From: an uncultured virus (IMG/VR IMGVR_UViG_3300033388_001820)
Taxonomy: Duplodnaviria; Heunggongvirae; Uroviricota; Caudoviricetes
IMG/VR virus record: IMGVR_UViG_3300033388_001820
Length of the DNA: 64,000 nt
Reading direction: 5' to 3' (one strand)
Of this stretch, positions 1 through 10,899 are shown piece after piece. The position numbers and the translations under genes are program-made. Within the stretch, counting starts at the first letter, position 1; every line of letters begins with the position of its first letter. The notes beneath the pieces are model-generated. The model was given only the letters and a program-made list of their open reading frames with translations, ran no database searches and was not told the origin of the DNA.

Positions 1-66
1 GGCGTGGTGTTCTTACTTTGCACCTATAGAGCGAAATGATCCCCCCCTACCGCTAGCGCCGTGACA

Positions 67-1507
67 CGAACATACGTTCAGAAACATGCCTTGACCTGCA
101 CTTATGCGACGCGGGGCACCCTAGGCGACGATCATGCCTCTACATAGGCAAAACGCACTAGAGACGCTTGAGAGCCCTCTAAGAGCGTCAATAGGTAATT
201 CGAATCATTCTCAAAAAATGCACGAAAATGACCCTACACGAACATACGTTCGTTATACCCGTGAGCGAACATACGTTCGCCTCCCACGCCTACGCTCGCG
301 AGGGTACGCGCGCATAATCACGCTACGCGGTCGCCGCGTAATCATGCGACGCGTCGCGCACCATAACACCTAGGATGATCCGAAAGCGAACACACGTTCG
401 CCTCAAATAGCGAACACCCGTTCGTGAGTCAAATGACCCATAAAAAATAGGTCAAATTACCTATACAGAACCCTTGACAACGTACCGTAACACCTAGTAC
501 GTTGAAATCAGGAAGCGAGTCGGCAGCGCAAGGGTGAGAGACCCGGAGCCGGAAATTCGAACCTAGGACTCCGGGTCCGTTAGACCCGGCGAGTCTGCCC
601 TAATGATGGGTCCTGCGTCGTGAGGCGTAGGAGCCGCTAGAGACTAGGGGTATCGTCAAGATAGCGTAACGCCATCGTGACATGCGAGAGGGTAAGAGTC
701 GAGTAGACAGACTCAAACGAATGAGCCTCGCATGAGTCGAGAAGCGGATTGCCGATCGGACGAACAAAGACGAAACGGCGCCACGGCGCCGTGAGAGTCT
801 AGGAATCGCACGTAAAGAGTAGACCGAACATACGTTCGGACACCGTACACCGCGAACGAACACTGCGACCCGGAGTGACCGGGCGCAACCCTAGACGACA
901 CGTCGAACCAGTGAACACACTACGGCTACGGCGCCGCGGTGTTCACAACCCTAGAAACTAGGGTTTCCGGAGTTCGGCAGTCGGTACATACAGAGTGACA
1001 CACGAACAAATGTTCGGTTCAGTAGGACTAAGGGTCCATAGCGTCGCCCATTAGGGTGCGTGAGAGCGAACGGATTACCCCTAGGGGTAGCATCCGCGAG
1101 TAATCATGGGTTCCACGCTCCGGAAACCTACCAAAAGCCGAGTCTGCAATAACCCTACCCGACAAAGGGTAGTTAGGGTGTAGGCCAACGTTCTAAAGTC
1201 AATTCTCAGAATCAAACGAACAAACGTTCGGGCTAGCGCTAAAGGCTAGTCTGCGCCCATATGGGCCAATTATCAATATGTTGGGTTGTAAAGCTACCCT
1301 AACAAAATTGCCGTTTCCGCGCCGTGGCGTGAGAAACACCGTAGAACCGAACATGCGTTCGTAAGACTCTGACTCTCACCCTAGGCGCGATTCACCGCGA
1401 AGCGTACTATCGACCGATGGCGTTGTAAAATTCCATCGGCAAACGTAGAAAAGGGCTCGCAACGGATGCACCTAGGGACCTAAGCGGCATGAGCGAACAA
1501 ACGTTCG
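67..1507. promoter_or_regulatory. Array of ten LexA/SOS-box-like palindromes CGAAC-N4-GTTC(G/A) starting at 67, 239, 266, 387, 411, 825, 1003, 1217, 1348, 1494
   Basis: Read directly. Spacers are ATAC, ATAC, ATAC, ACAC, ACCC, ATAC, AAAT, AAAC, ATGC, AAAC. They match the Gram-positive/actinobacterial LexA consensus GAAC-N4-GTTC, and 9 of 10 fit RNRY. Confidence 0.85.
474..503 (+). promoter_or_regulatory. SigA-type promoter
   Basis: TTGACA(474-479)-N18-TACGTT(498-503). Confidence 0.6.
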
Positions 1508-1580
1508 TGAGGAGCTACGTGAGAATGCGTAGCGTTTCGGTTCAAATCCGAACATGCCACGACGCCCAAATCGGGCAAAG
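510..1580 (+). ncRNA. Putative long structured non-coding RNA or 5' leader
   Basis: No credible ORF. Many stems: 540-548/569-577, 911-918/939-946, 947-965, 1076-1089, 1255-1266, 1414-1420/1433-1439. Lies downstream of the 474 promoter. Confidence 0.45.
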
Positions 1581-4500
1581 AAAAAAACCAAAAGAAGGCC
1601 CCAAAATGTCCAAAAATATCACCAAAAACGAGGCTCGCAAAGAGCTGACCCGTCGGCACCGTGACCCGGAAACTGGCCGCAAGGTCAAGAACCACACGCT
1701 GCGTGACACGGACGCCCGCTTCAACCTCCCCCGCGAGGAAGTTCTGGCCCTTCGGACCCCGGAATTGAAGACCCTTGCCGGAATCGGCACCGCACCCGCA
1801 CCCGTGGCCGTGTCCACGCCGGTGGTTCCCACCGTCGAAGTCACCGTCGATGGACAGTCGGTCTGGCACACGGACCGTCTCTCGCACCCGCTGTACGCCG
1901 CGGCGTGACACGCACGAACGACCCGCACACACTCCCCTGTGTGTGGGTCGCTCATGTAGGCTGGCCTGATGGCCGATGACGGAGGGTTTGATTCCCTCCC
2001 CGGCCTACATGAGCGACTCACGCTCACACACACACACCCACACGGAAAGTTGAATCCCATGGACGACCGAATTGCCCTGTTGCGAGCCTTTCGCGAGATC
2101 GCGGCACACGCATACGACAACGCGCAGCACGACCGGTACGAAACGGCGACCATCTTCGCCGCTTTGATCCTGTCTTGACACACCCGCCCACACACACACA
2201 CACGAAGAAAGCGAATTTCAACATGTCCAAGCCCATTCCCGCCCCGCCCGTGTCCACACCCGTGCACACGTTCCGCCCCGATGACACGCCTCCCCCCGAC
2301 TTCGACCGGATCGACGCCGATCCCTTCGCCTACCCGGTCACCGGCATGGACCCCCGCAAGAACGGCCGCACGATGACCGAAGCTGGCCTGAACGACGCCA
2401 AGAAGGTACGGGACATGCGTGTGGCGGCTGGCGCATGAGAAACCCTCGCCCGCTCCACACACGGGGCAAGCGCACACACACGAACCACCGACTGTTTGTC
2501 GGTCTGGTCAATGTCGGCAACGTGCCACCCGCACCGGCCGATCCTGTAGACAACCTGCGCATGTGGGAAGCGCTTATGGGCGCACCCACATACGACGCCG
2601 ACGCCGACCATTTGGACTGGTCGGAACGAAAAGCAACCCTGGTTCGTGGACGCACCACACGCACACACAAGGACACACGCCCCACGATCCGCCCTGTGCG
2701 GGTCACAACCACCAATCGCACACGAAAGTGAGGCTTTCTGCCATGATGATCATGCGACAACGCGACGACTTCCAGTGGGAAGTCGTGACCGACGCACACG
2801 AACACGTGTTTCCCACTCGCCCGGACGCCATGTCCTTTGCGACCGACAAGCATTACAACGCCGACAACGAAAACGCCTGAAAGGCACGCACATGAGCTTT
2901 ACCCGCATCCCCTACACCACACGTGGTGGCTGGAGCGCAGTCGCTCCCACAAACGACGCCTTTGTGCAGGACCTCACCTGGATCTGCAACGACGCCTACG
3001 ACCGTCACTTCCAGAGCCACACCGCGCTCGACTGGCGCATCTACATGAGCACCGGCATCGTGGAGTACCTGGACCGTGACGGCATGTTCAACGACTGGCA
3101 CTACGTCGGCCGGTTCGATCTTGACGGCAAGTTTGTGGCCGACGCACAAGCCGATCCCTTTGGGTACACACCGCAGACGGACGGTGTGTACGACGACGAA
3201 GTGGACGCGACGACTGGTTGTTGCGGACACGGGCTGTTCTTCAACGGTGGCGGCACCGTGAACGGTGTTTATACCGGAAGCATCGACAAGTGCTTCCCGT
3301 GTGGAGGCAAGGGCTTCCAGACACGTGACGACCGCACACGGAATGCTGTCTACAACGCAAAGTACCGGAGGGTTTACGCATGAGCCGCACCACGAAGAAG
3401 GAATACTCCACCGTTTGTGCCTGGACCGTGGAGGGCAAGCGCACACGACGAGTGGCGCTTCGTGCAGAGGACAAAGAGCAGGCACACGAGGGACTCACCG
3501 CTCACCTTCTAGGTGAACCGGCCGACATCGACGGCACATGGGCAAGCGACTTCCGCTTGTCCACACACTGAGAGGCACACATACAATGGGAATTCGACCG
3601 AACGTTTCTGGTGGCGCTGGCGGCGAACGCTGGGACAAGCGTGCCAACGTGAAGAACATGGCACGACGTGCCCGCCGCATACAGGATCTGGACCTTGGCG
3701 ACGAGGGTCTAGATGACTGGGACGACGACGATCTCGCCTGACACCTCGCACACTCCCCCCACACACTCCCCACACGCCTTAGGAGGCGCAACATGAATCC
3801 CACCCACGATTACATCGTGACCGACGAGGAAGCCGCGTTTGAACGTGCGATCCTCACCAACATGATCGGCTTTGTGCGAACCGCACTCGGCTACGCCACG
3901 GTCACCTACCGTGGTGCGACCATCGCAAGGGTTTACCTGGACGGTGCCAACGACGACACCGTGAATCCCACACTCACACTCGTGGACGCCAACGACATCA
4001 TCGTGGACGGATGCGAGGACGTCAACAGTTTCCTCCCGATAATGACCGGATGTCACGGACTTGTGCCTGGCGCAAACCTTTGTGCCTCGCAGATGTTCGA
4101 CTGGCTCAAGGCCAGCAAGGTTGACCCGCTGGACATGTGTGGCTGACATGAACATCACCACACACCACACCGCGAAGACCGTTCGTGGACGCCGATACTG
4201 GCGTGCAGTTGTGCAAGACCACGGCGAACGTGCCTTTGTGGAGATCGCACAGATTGGCGACCCCAATCCTTTCTGCGACAACTACAGTTTCACCGTGTCC
4301 ACCGATGGTGGCTCACGGTACACCGGTTATACCTACAACCGCCGTGACGCCCTGGCTCGTGCAGCACACTACGCCTGGCATGTCACCCACCCGAACGACC
4401 GCAACCCCTACTAGGAGGCACACACAATGGAACTACTCGACTTGAGCCTACGCCGAAAAAGCGTGCTCGGTTGGGGTGGACGAGTTCTCACCCTGGCGAG

Positions 4501-5025
4501 CGCTGCGATAGGTGCCAACCACCTAGTCGTCAAAGACGAGTCAGTCTTGTTCTGCGACGATGCACACGGCAACCGGTTGTGGACCAACGACGACCTGCCC
4601 TTGCAGGCATTTGATCGCCACGACGACCTGTTGGCGCTGATCAAGTCAGACCCTGCAAGGTTTGTGCCTGACCATGTGCCACACCGCAACGGCGTCATGT
4701 TTCCCGACGCCGACTGATTCCCCTGTTCTACCCGCTGACATACCGGGTCTGTATGTCACCAACGTCCCTGAAAGGACACAACACACCATGAGTACCACCA
4801 CTGCTGTTTCCACCCCTGTTTCCGCTGTTGCGATCAACGCACAGATCGGACTCATCCGCAACAACAAGGCCCGCAAGCGTGCCGGTGAGAGCGTCGTCGC
4901 TTCCAAAAACTGGAAGCTGGCCGGTCTTTCCCGCCCCGCACTGCGCTCCATCCTCGCCGGTGAGACGGTGACCCGTGAGTTCAAGTCGGGTCGTGTCGTT
5001 GAGCTGGTGCTTGCCTGATAGGCAG

Positions 5026-5075
5026 ACACGGGCTGGCATCCCTAACTGCCACACGGGCTGGCATCCCTAACTGCC
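5026..5075. repeat. Tandem 25-bp direct repeat ACACGGGCTGGCATCCCTAACTGCC x2; related copy near 6716-6743
   Basis: Read directly. Confidence 0.9.
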
Positions 5076-5113
5076 ACACTCTCCCCCAACCACACACAAG
5101 GAGGTTTCCCGAC

Positions 5114-5248
5114 ATGCCAGCACTACTCGCAATCATCACGATCCTGTTCGTCCGTGTAGCCATCGACGCTAACCATCGTGGATACACCGCAAAGTTTGTG
5201 GTGACCTTCACAGCCGCATGGGCTGTGCTGTTCCTTGTAGGCATCTGA
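5114..5248 (+). CDS. 44-aa membrane protein (paralog of 59315-59455)
   Basis: MPALLAIITILFVRVAIDANHRGYTAKFVVTFTAAWAVLFLVGI, preceded by a GGAGG RBS. Confidence 0.75.
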   Translation: MPALLAIITILFVRVAIDANHRGYTAKFVVTFTAAWAVLFLVGI

Positions 5249-8200
5249 AAGGAGGCCAGACATGAGCAATCACCTTTTCCCCATCGTTACCCGAATCGGC
5301 ATGGACGCTGGAGCCAACGCCCGTCCCCTTGTCTGGCTGGCTCACGCCATTCATCACCTGGATGGTGACGTTGACGCTGCAACTGCACTGGTTGACGACC
5401 TGTTTGCCGATAACACTCCCCTTACTGCCGACGTTGCAAGTCAAGTCGGCGGTTCCCGCTATCCCTTCTAACCAGAGAGGCACATCGTGAGTAAGAACCG
5501 CAAGCGCATCGTGCCTTTGTGGCACGACGACGACGACAAGCGCAAACACCTCACACCTTCATGGCGTGAGGAACAACTGGACGCACTACGTGATGGACGC
5601 AAGAACCGTTCCAGTCGGTTCCGTTCCGCGAAAGACTACCGACGCAAGCCGAAACACGGCAAGCATCACGATGCCTAGGAGGCATCACAACATGCAAACC
5701 ATCACCATCACCGCCGACGACGACCCTGGCGAGATCGAAGAACACACGCTGGCATCTGGCACCATCGTTTACACCATCGACGGTGGTCCCGCTGTTCACA
5801 TCGAATACATCGCCCCTTGTAGCTTCTGCGATGGCTACGGACACGGACCCGATCCCGACGTCGCACCTGGCTGTCCTGCATACTGGAGAGGCTGACATGG
5901 GAGGACGCACCGAATCCCTCATCATGCTACTGGCTGGCGGCATCCTTTTAGCTGCAACACCTACCTGGATGGGTGTTGCGTTGTTCCTCACGATGTGCGG
6001 TGTTGCCGCATATGCTCTCCAACCGATCCCCAACGATCCCCGAAAGGATCAACCATGACCACCACCCGACGCAAGACTGTTCCCCTGGACGACCTGAGGA
6101 TTGTGACCAACCGCACGATCCTCGCAGCGAAGACTGTTGCGGAACGTGAGATAGCCTCACACGTTTGGCTGACCATCTCCCTGAACTTCGACAACGCCTA
6201 CCGGGGCTTCATGTATGTTGACTCCACCGGTGACGCCATCCCGACCGCAGTCATCCACTCCGGCAAGGGTTACGACGGCTCACGCCGGTTCTACTTCTGA
6301 CAAAGAAGCACCGCGGGACTCCCCGCGGCCCCCACGTCCAAGGTAAGACCTGGGTAGCGTGGGGGCTTTGTCTCCCCTCTCCAAATTCCCCAACCGTCCC
6401 GAAAGGACACCAAAAATGAGCACCAACTCCACATCCACCCCCGTGAAGGTCACCGCGGCTTTCTACGAGGTTGTCATCGGCACCAGGGCCATCGTCGCCC
6501 CGTTCGCCACGAGCAAGGCGCACGCCATTGACCTGGCGATCGTCCTCCACCGCGACGCCTTCGACATCCCGACCAACGTTCACGTGCAGCACGACAGTGT
6601 GCGGCGCATCCCGTTGGTTGTTGGCACCACGGTGCCGAGCCTGTCGGGCAAGGCCACGCTTCATGGCAAGGCTTCCGCCTGAACACCTGTCCGACCCTGG
6701 CACACACAGGGTCGGACACATGGGCTGGGCATCCCTTCTGCCCCTCCAATTCTCCAACAGAAAGCAAACATCATGCCTGCAACCGTTACGCTGCGAGCCG
6801 TGAGAGAGTACACGCTCCCCGCCGGTCCTTGTGGTAGCCTCCACTGCACCGAAGACGACGACTGTCGAGAAGGTGAGCCGCCACAATGGGGCGAGTTTAT
6901 CGACCCGCTCAGTCCTCACACGGGTTATGGTTGGTACAACGAACCGACCGATGACCCTGGCGAGCCGATCGAAGTAGTCCTGGCCCCTTGGGTAGCCGCG
7001 GAGATCATCCGTGACTGGCCCGGTGGCGTGTGGGACGCTACGGAAAGCTTCTACAGCACCGACTGTTACCGCACTGGTCGCGAATCGGCGCTCACCCTGT
7101 TCGTTGAAGGTCCCGGCGAAGTATTCGCCCTGAACATGTCAGGAATCGGATGATGTCTCTCACGAGAAACCTGGGACACACATACGACGATGCTTTGGTG
7201 ATCATCTCCAACGGTGACACCCTCGACAACAAACAACCACGAAGCCATCCAGTCAACTGTCTGGTGTGTGGGACTTCTACTTGGAACCTCCAAGCCTGTT
7301 GCGCAGACCACTACGTGCCAGTAACATCGGCACCCACAATCATCCTCGATTGAAAAGGATTACCCCATGAGTCACCCTGTTTGCAAGACATGTAAACGCA
7401 CTGGCAACGGTGTCACGTTCAACATGTTCCCCAAAACCGAACACACGTTTGGCGAAATCTGCACCGATTGTGAGAGCATCGTGCTGATCGACGCGGCCAC
7501 TGACGCCGAGCTAGGCTTTGACACATGAGCCTGGTTGAACTGTCCAGTGACACGTGGCGGGTCGAAGCACTCGACCTGTCACGCCAGAACCCTGGCATGT
7601 ACGTGATAGTCGAAAACCTGTTCGGCCCTTTTGCCTCGCTGCACAAGAGGCTCAACGTGTTCGCCCCGACCGACTCGCATGTCGATGAGTATTTCCTCAA
7701 CGGCGTGGCACGCAAGTTCACATCCGCACAACGAGCAGCGGATTCCGCCGCTACCCCTCAACTGTCCTAGGAGGACACATGAACCTCGCACCCGGTCCCT
7801 ACACCGACACTTTCCCTGACGGGACAACGTGGACGGCCGACCCTGGCACGCTCACGATCACATCCGATGGCAAGGGCGGCACGGCACCTGCCGGATCGTG
7901 GCCCTTTCCCAACCTGTCCGACTTCATGGTCGCATGGGTCTGCGTTATCACCCACTAGGAGAAACATGAACACACACGACGACCACATCAACGCTGTCCT
8001 TGACGATCCCGAAGCAGAGTACCGCTTCTATGCGTATGACGGCCCCGACGACACGGGAAGCACAGTGCAAAAGTCAACTGTCACTACCAAGCCCGCACAT
8101 GACTTTGTAGCTGGCGATGTGGTACTCAACCGCGGCGTTGTCATGTCCACCGAACACTGGACTGGCTTACCCGACCCGACCGTGACCCTTTGGTTCCGAA

Positions 8201-10212
8201 ACGACGGCACCGACGGAATCACATCCGACCTCGCTGACCTCACATCGTGGTCACTCACCGCATACCACATGGTGTGGTGGTGCAAACCGGAAGGCACATG
8301 ATGAGTTTCTACTACGACGAAGAACTGCCCGCAGGCTTCCAAGATGCCGACTTCGAGATGGCCGAATACGCCGCCGAGGCAAACCGCATCGAAGCTGACC
8401 GCAAGCGTGGCATCTGCCACCACACTGGGACAGTGGGACGAGGCGACGGTAACGGCCCGCTCCCTGGCGGCTTCTACTACGAAGGCCAGAAGGAAATTCC
8501 TGCTGGACATGTTCGCTGCACGGACCTGTGTGGCGAGATCATCCCTGACCCCTGGAAGGACTGACAATGTTTCGCAACGCAAAACACAACAAGACGACCC
8601 TTTGGGAAGTCGAAGTCGAACTGGACATTCCTGCTGGTCACAGTAGCGAAGACCACTGGCCGCACACCGAACCGCGCAACGAACTCAAGACTCACGTGTT
8701 CACGGCACGCACCGCTCGTGCAGCCGCAACATGGGTCGCTGAGACGTTCTTGACGCAATGGCCCAACGATGTGAAAATCAGACGCTGGCGACTGTCTGTG
8801 TTCTCGCCTTATGACGTGGACACACGCAATGGGGCTGGCATCTTTACCATCTTCGACAATCGTGACCACCCTGTTGGGCTGGCGCAAGCCTGTCGCGACT
8901 TCGACGCACAATGAAGTGCAGCCTTTGTGGTCGAGCCACACAAATTGTCCACAAGGGCAAAGACGACTGGTTCATCCACACCGCCACAGGCAAGGCAGCT
9001 TGTGGCGACACCAAACGCTGCAAAGTAGCATCCCCCGTTCATTACTTGGATCGTGAAGGCACTTTGTGTCCCGATCCCCGACACGAAGGAAACCCGCAAT
9101 GAGTTGGACTGACCTACAGCAAGACCTCGAAGAGCGTATGTGCCCGAACCTGGCGCAGATACAACGAGTCGAACGATGCTTCTACCTGAACGACCTACAG
9201 AACGTCCTCGTTCCTATCCTCTTTCTGGAGAAGGACTACGGCATCTGGACCGAAGACGTACAGGTTGTCAACGTGGACCACGTGTTCATGTCATTCACCG
9301 ACGCCGACTGGAGAACACAACGCGACAAGCTAGGCAAGCACTGCGAGAAGCTCATGCAAGGCTTGGGTCGCAAAGGAACCTACGGGTTCATCAACTTCCA
9401 CACCGACATGGCATGGGCCGTATTTGAGGAAATCGGCGCCCAAGAGACAGAGTGTGTTGTTGGCGACCGCGATGACATGCGGTTGGGTTGGGCTGACGAA
9501 GAAACAACCTGCACCCTGATAGGAGGGACAGAAGCATGAAGTACGCACAAGGAGCACAGCAAGCACGAGACGCAGGCATTGACCCTGCTGGTCCCATCAT
9601 CGACATCATCGACTTCTTTGAGATGATCCTGGCGACCCCAACAGAAACCGAAGAAGGCTACGAACGCCGGATCGAACAGGCAGACAAATGGGCGTTCAAG
9701 TACGACGCTGGCTACACACGATGAACCGCTCCAGCCGTACAGTCGCCATACACAAAGACGATCGAGTCTTTAGCCTGACCAGCGGCGGGTCTTACGGATG
9801 TAGCGAGGAACGCTCCATCTACTGTCTAGGTGGACCGTTTAGTGAACTGGTCACCTCCGACCCCGCCGACTACGCAACGGACGGCATGGGCGTGTGCCCT
9901 CCGTGCGCTGTGTCTCTAGGCTGGCCCGTGTCCGAATTACGCAACAAGATGAAAGCGAGAACACCATGAAGGGACTATTTGACCGTGACGCTCTGCGTCG
10001 CATGATCCGACAGACTCCACGAATCCGCGAGAAGTATGTCGTGGAGATCCTGCTACCTGTGAGTGGCAAGATGATCTACGATCACTGTGGCTCAGACTTT
10101 GAACGAGCGGTAGCCTCGTACAATGACTGGACTGCCCCACGAGACAGAGACACCCCCGCACCTATCGTGTGGTTTGACATCCAAACCGCACGCTGACAAA
10201 GGAGAGTTAGTT

Positions 10213-10899
10213 ATGATCAAGCGTATTATCGGCATAGTGCTCGTAGCAGTCAGCTTGGCTGCACTTGTTGCGGCACCAGCCGCAGCGAAACCAGGCAAGA
10301 ATCACGACGACAAGTACAGCGAGTATTCGTTCACGTTCGTTAACGGAGTGACCATCGCTGGCCGAGCCGACAAGAACGATGTCACCGTGGCAGGTGGGGA
10401 CTCAGGGTCGATGACCCTGCATGTCTCGTGCTCCGACATCTTCACTAACGGTTGGGCCTCGAAAGGGTCACCGACTCCGGCCGATGGAGCGGGCTGGCAA
10501 GTTAGCTCGTATCATATAGACAAGTACAAGAAAGGAGAGCTACACAAGTCGTGTGGCGAGTTCTTTGTCCCTCCAACCACGACTACGGTTGTTCCCACGA
10601 CTACAACGGAAGGGCCTCGCACCACAACTACAACGGAAGGGCCTCGCACTACGACGACAACGACGCCTCGTTCTACAACGACAGCACCCGTGACTACGAC
10701 AACTATCGTGACCACAACCACGGCTCCATCGCCTACAACTACGGTAGTAGTACCTACAACCACCACGTTGGTTCGTTGGTTGCCTAGATGTTTGTACCCA
10801 GGCCAACCAGATCCACGTGGACCGCAAGACTATAGCCACGGCATCCCCGCTGCCAGACCAGCAATCGCCTGGTGTGGCACTCCGACCTTCACAGGCTAA
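10213..10899 (+). CDS. Secreted Thr-rich protein with C-terminal CGTPTFTG (paralog of 38435-39205)
   Basis: Signal peptide MIKRIIGIVLVAVSLAALVAAPAAA, Pro/Thr linker, conserved C-terminus. Confidence 0.85.
   Translation: MIKRIIGIVLVAVSLAALVAAPAAAKPGKNHDDKYSEYSFTFVNGVTIAGRADKNDVTVAGGDSGSMTLHVSCSDIFTNGWASKGSPTPADGAGWQVSSYHIDKYKKGELHKSCGEFFVPPTTTTVVPTTTTEGPRTTTTTEGPRTTTTTTPRSTTTAPVTTTTIVTTTTAPSPTTTVVVPTTTTLVRWLPRCLYPGQPDPRGPQDYSHGIPAARPAIAWCGTPTFTG

Noticed and set aside
134..901. Short ORFs in the left end (134-373, 600-863, 713-901)
   Set aside because: Arg-rich translations of palindromic DNA with no RBS and atypical codon use.
67..1507. CRISPR array interpretation of the repeated palindromes
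   Set aside because: Repeats are only 14 bp, spacing is irregular (10 to about 400 bp), and there are no cas genes in the window.
2020..2205. CA-dinucleotide runs (CACACACAC) as a functional repeat system
   Set aside because: Low-complexity A/C-rich spacers upstream of RBSs, with no consistent unit or spacing.
2800..7451. Near-match SOS boxes at ~2800 (CGAACACGTGTTTC) and ~7438 (CGAACACACGTTTG)
   Set aside because: Imperfect, inside probable coding sequence and not next to recognisable promoters, so not counted.
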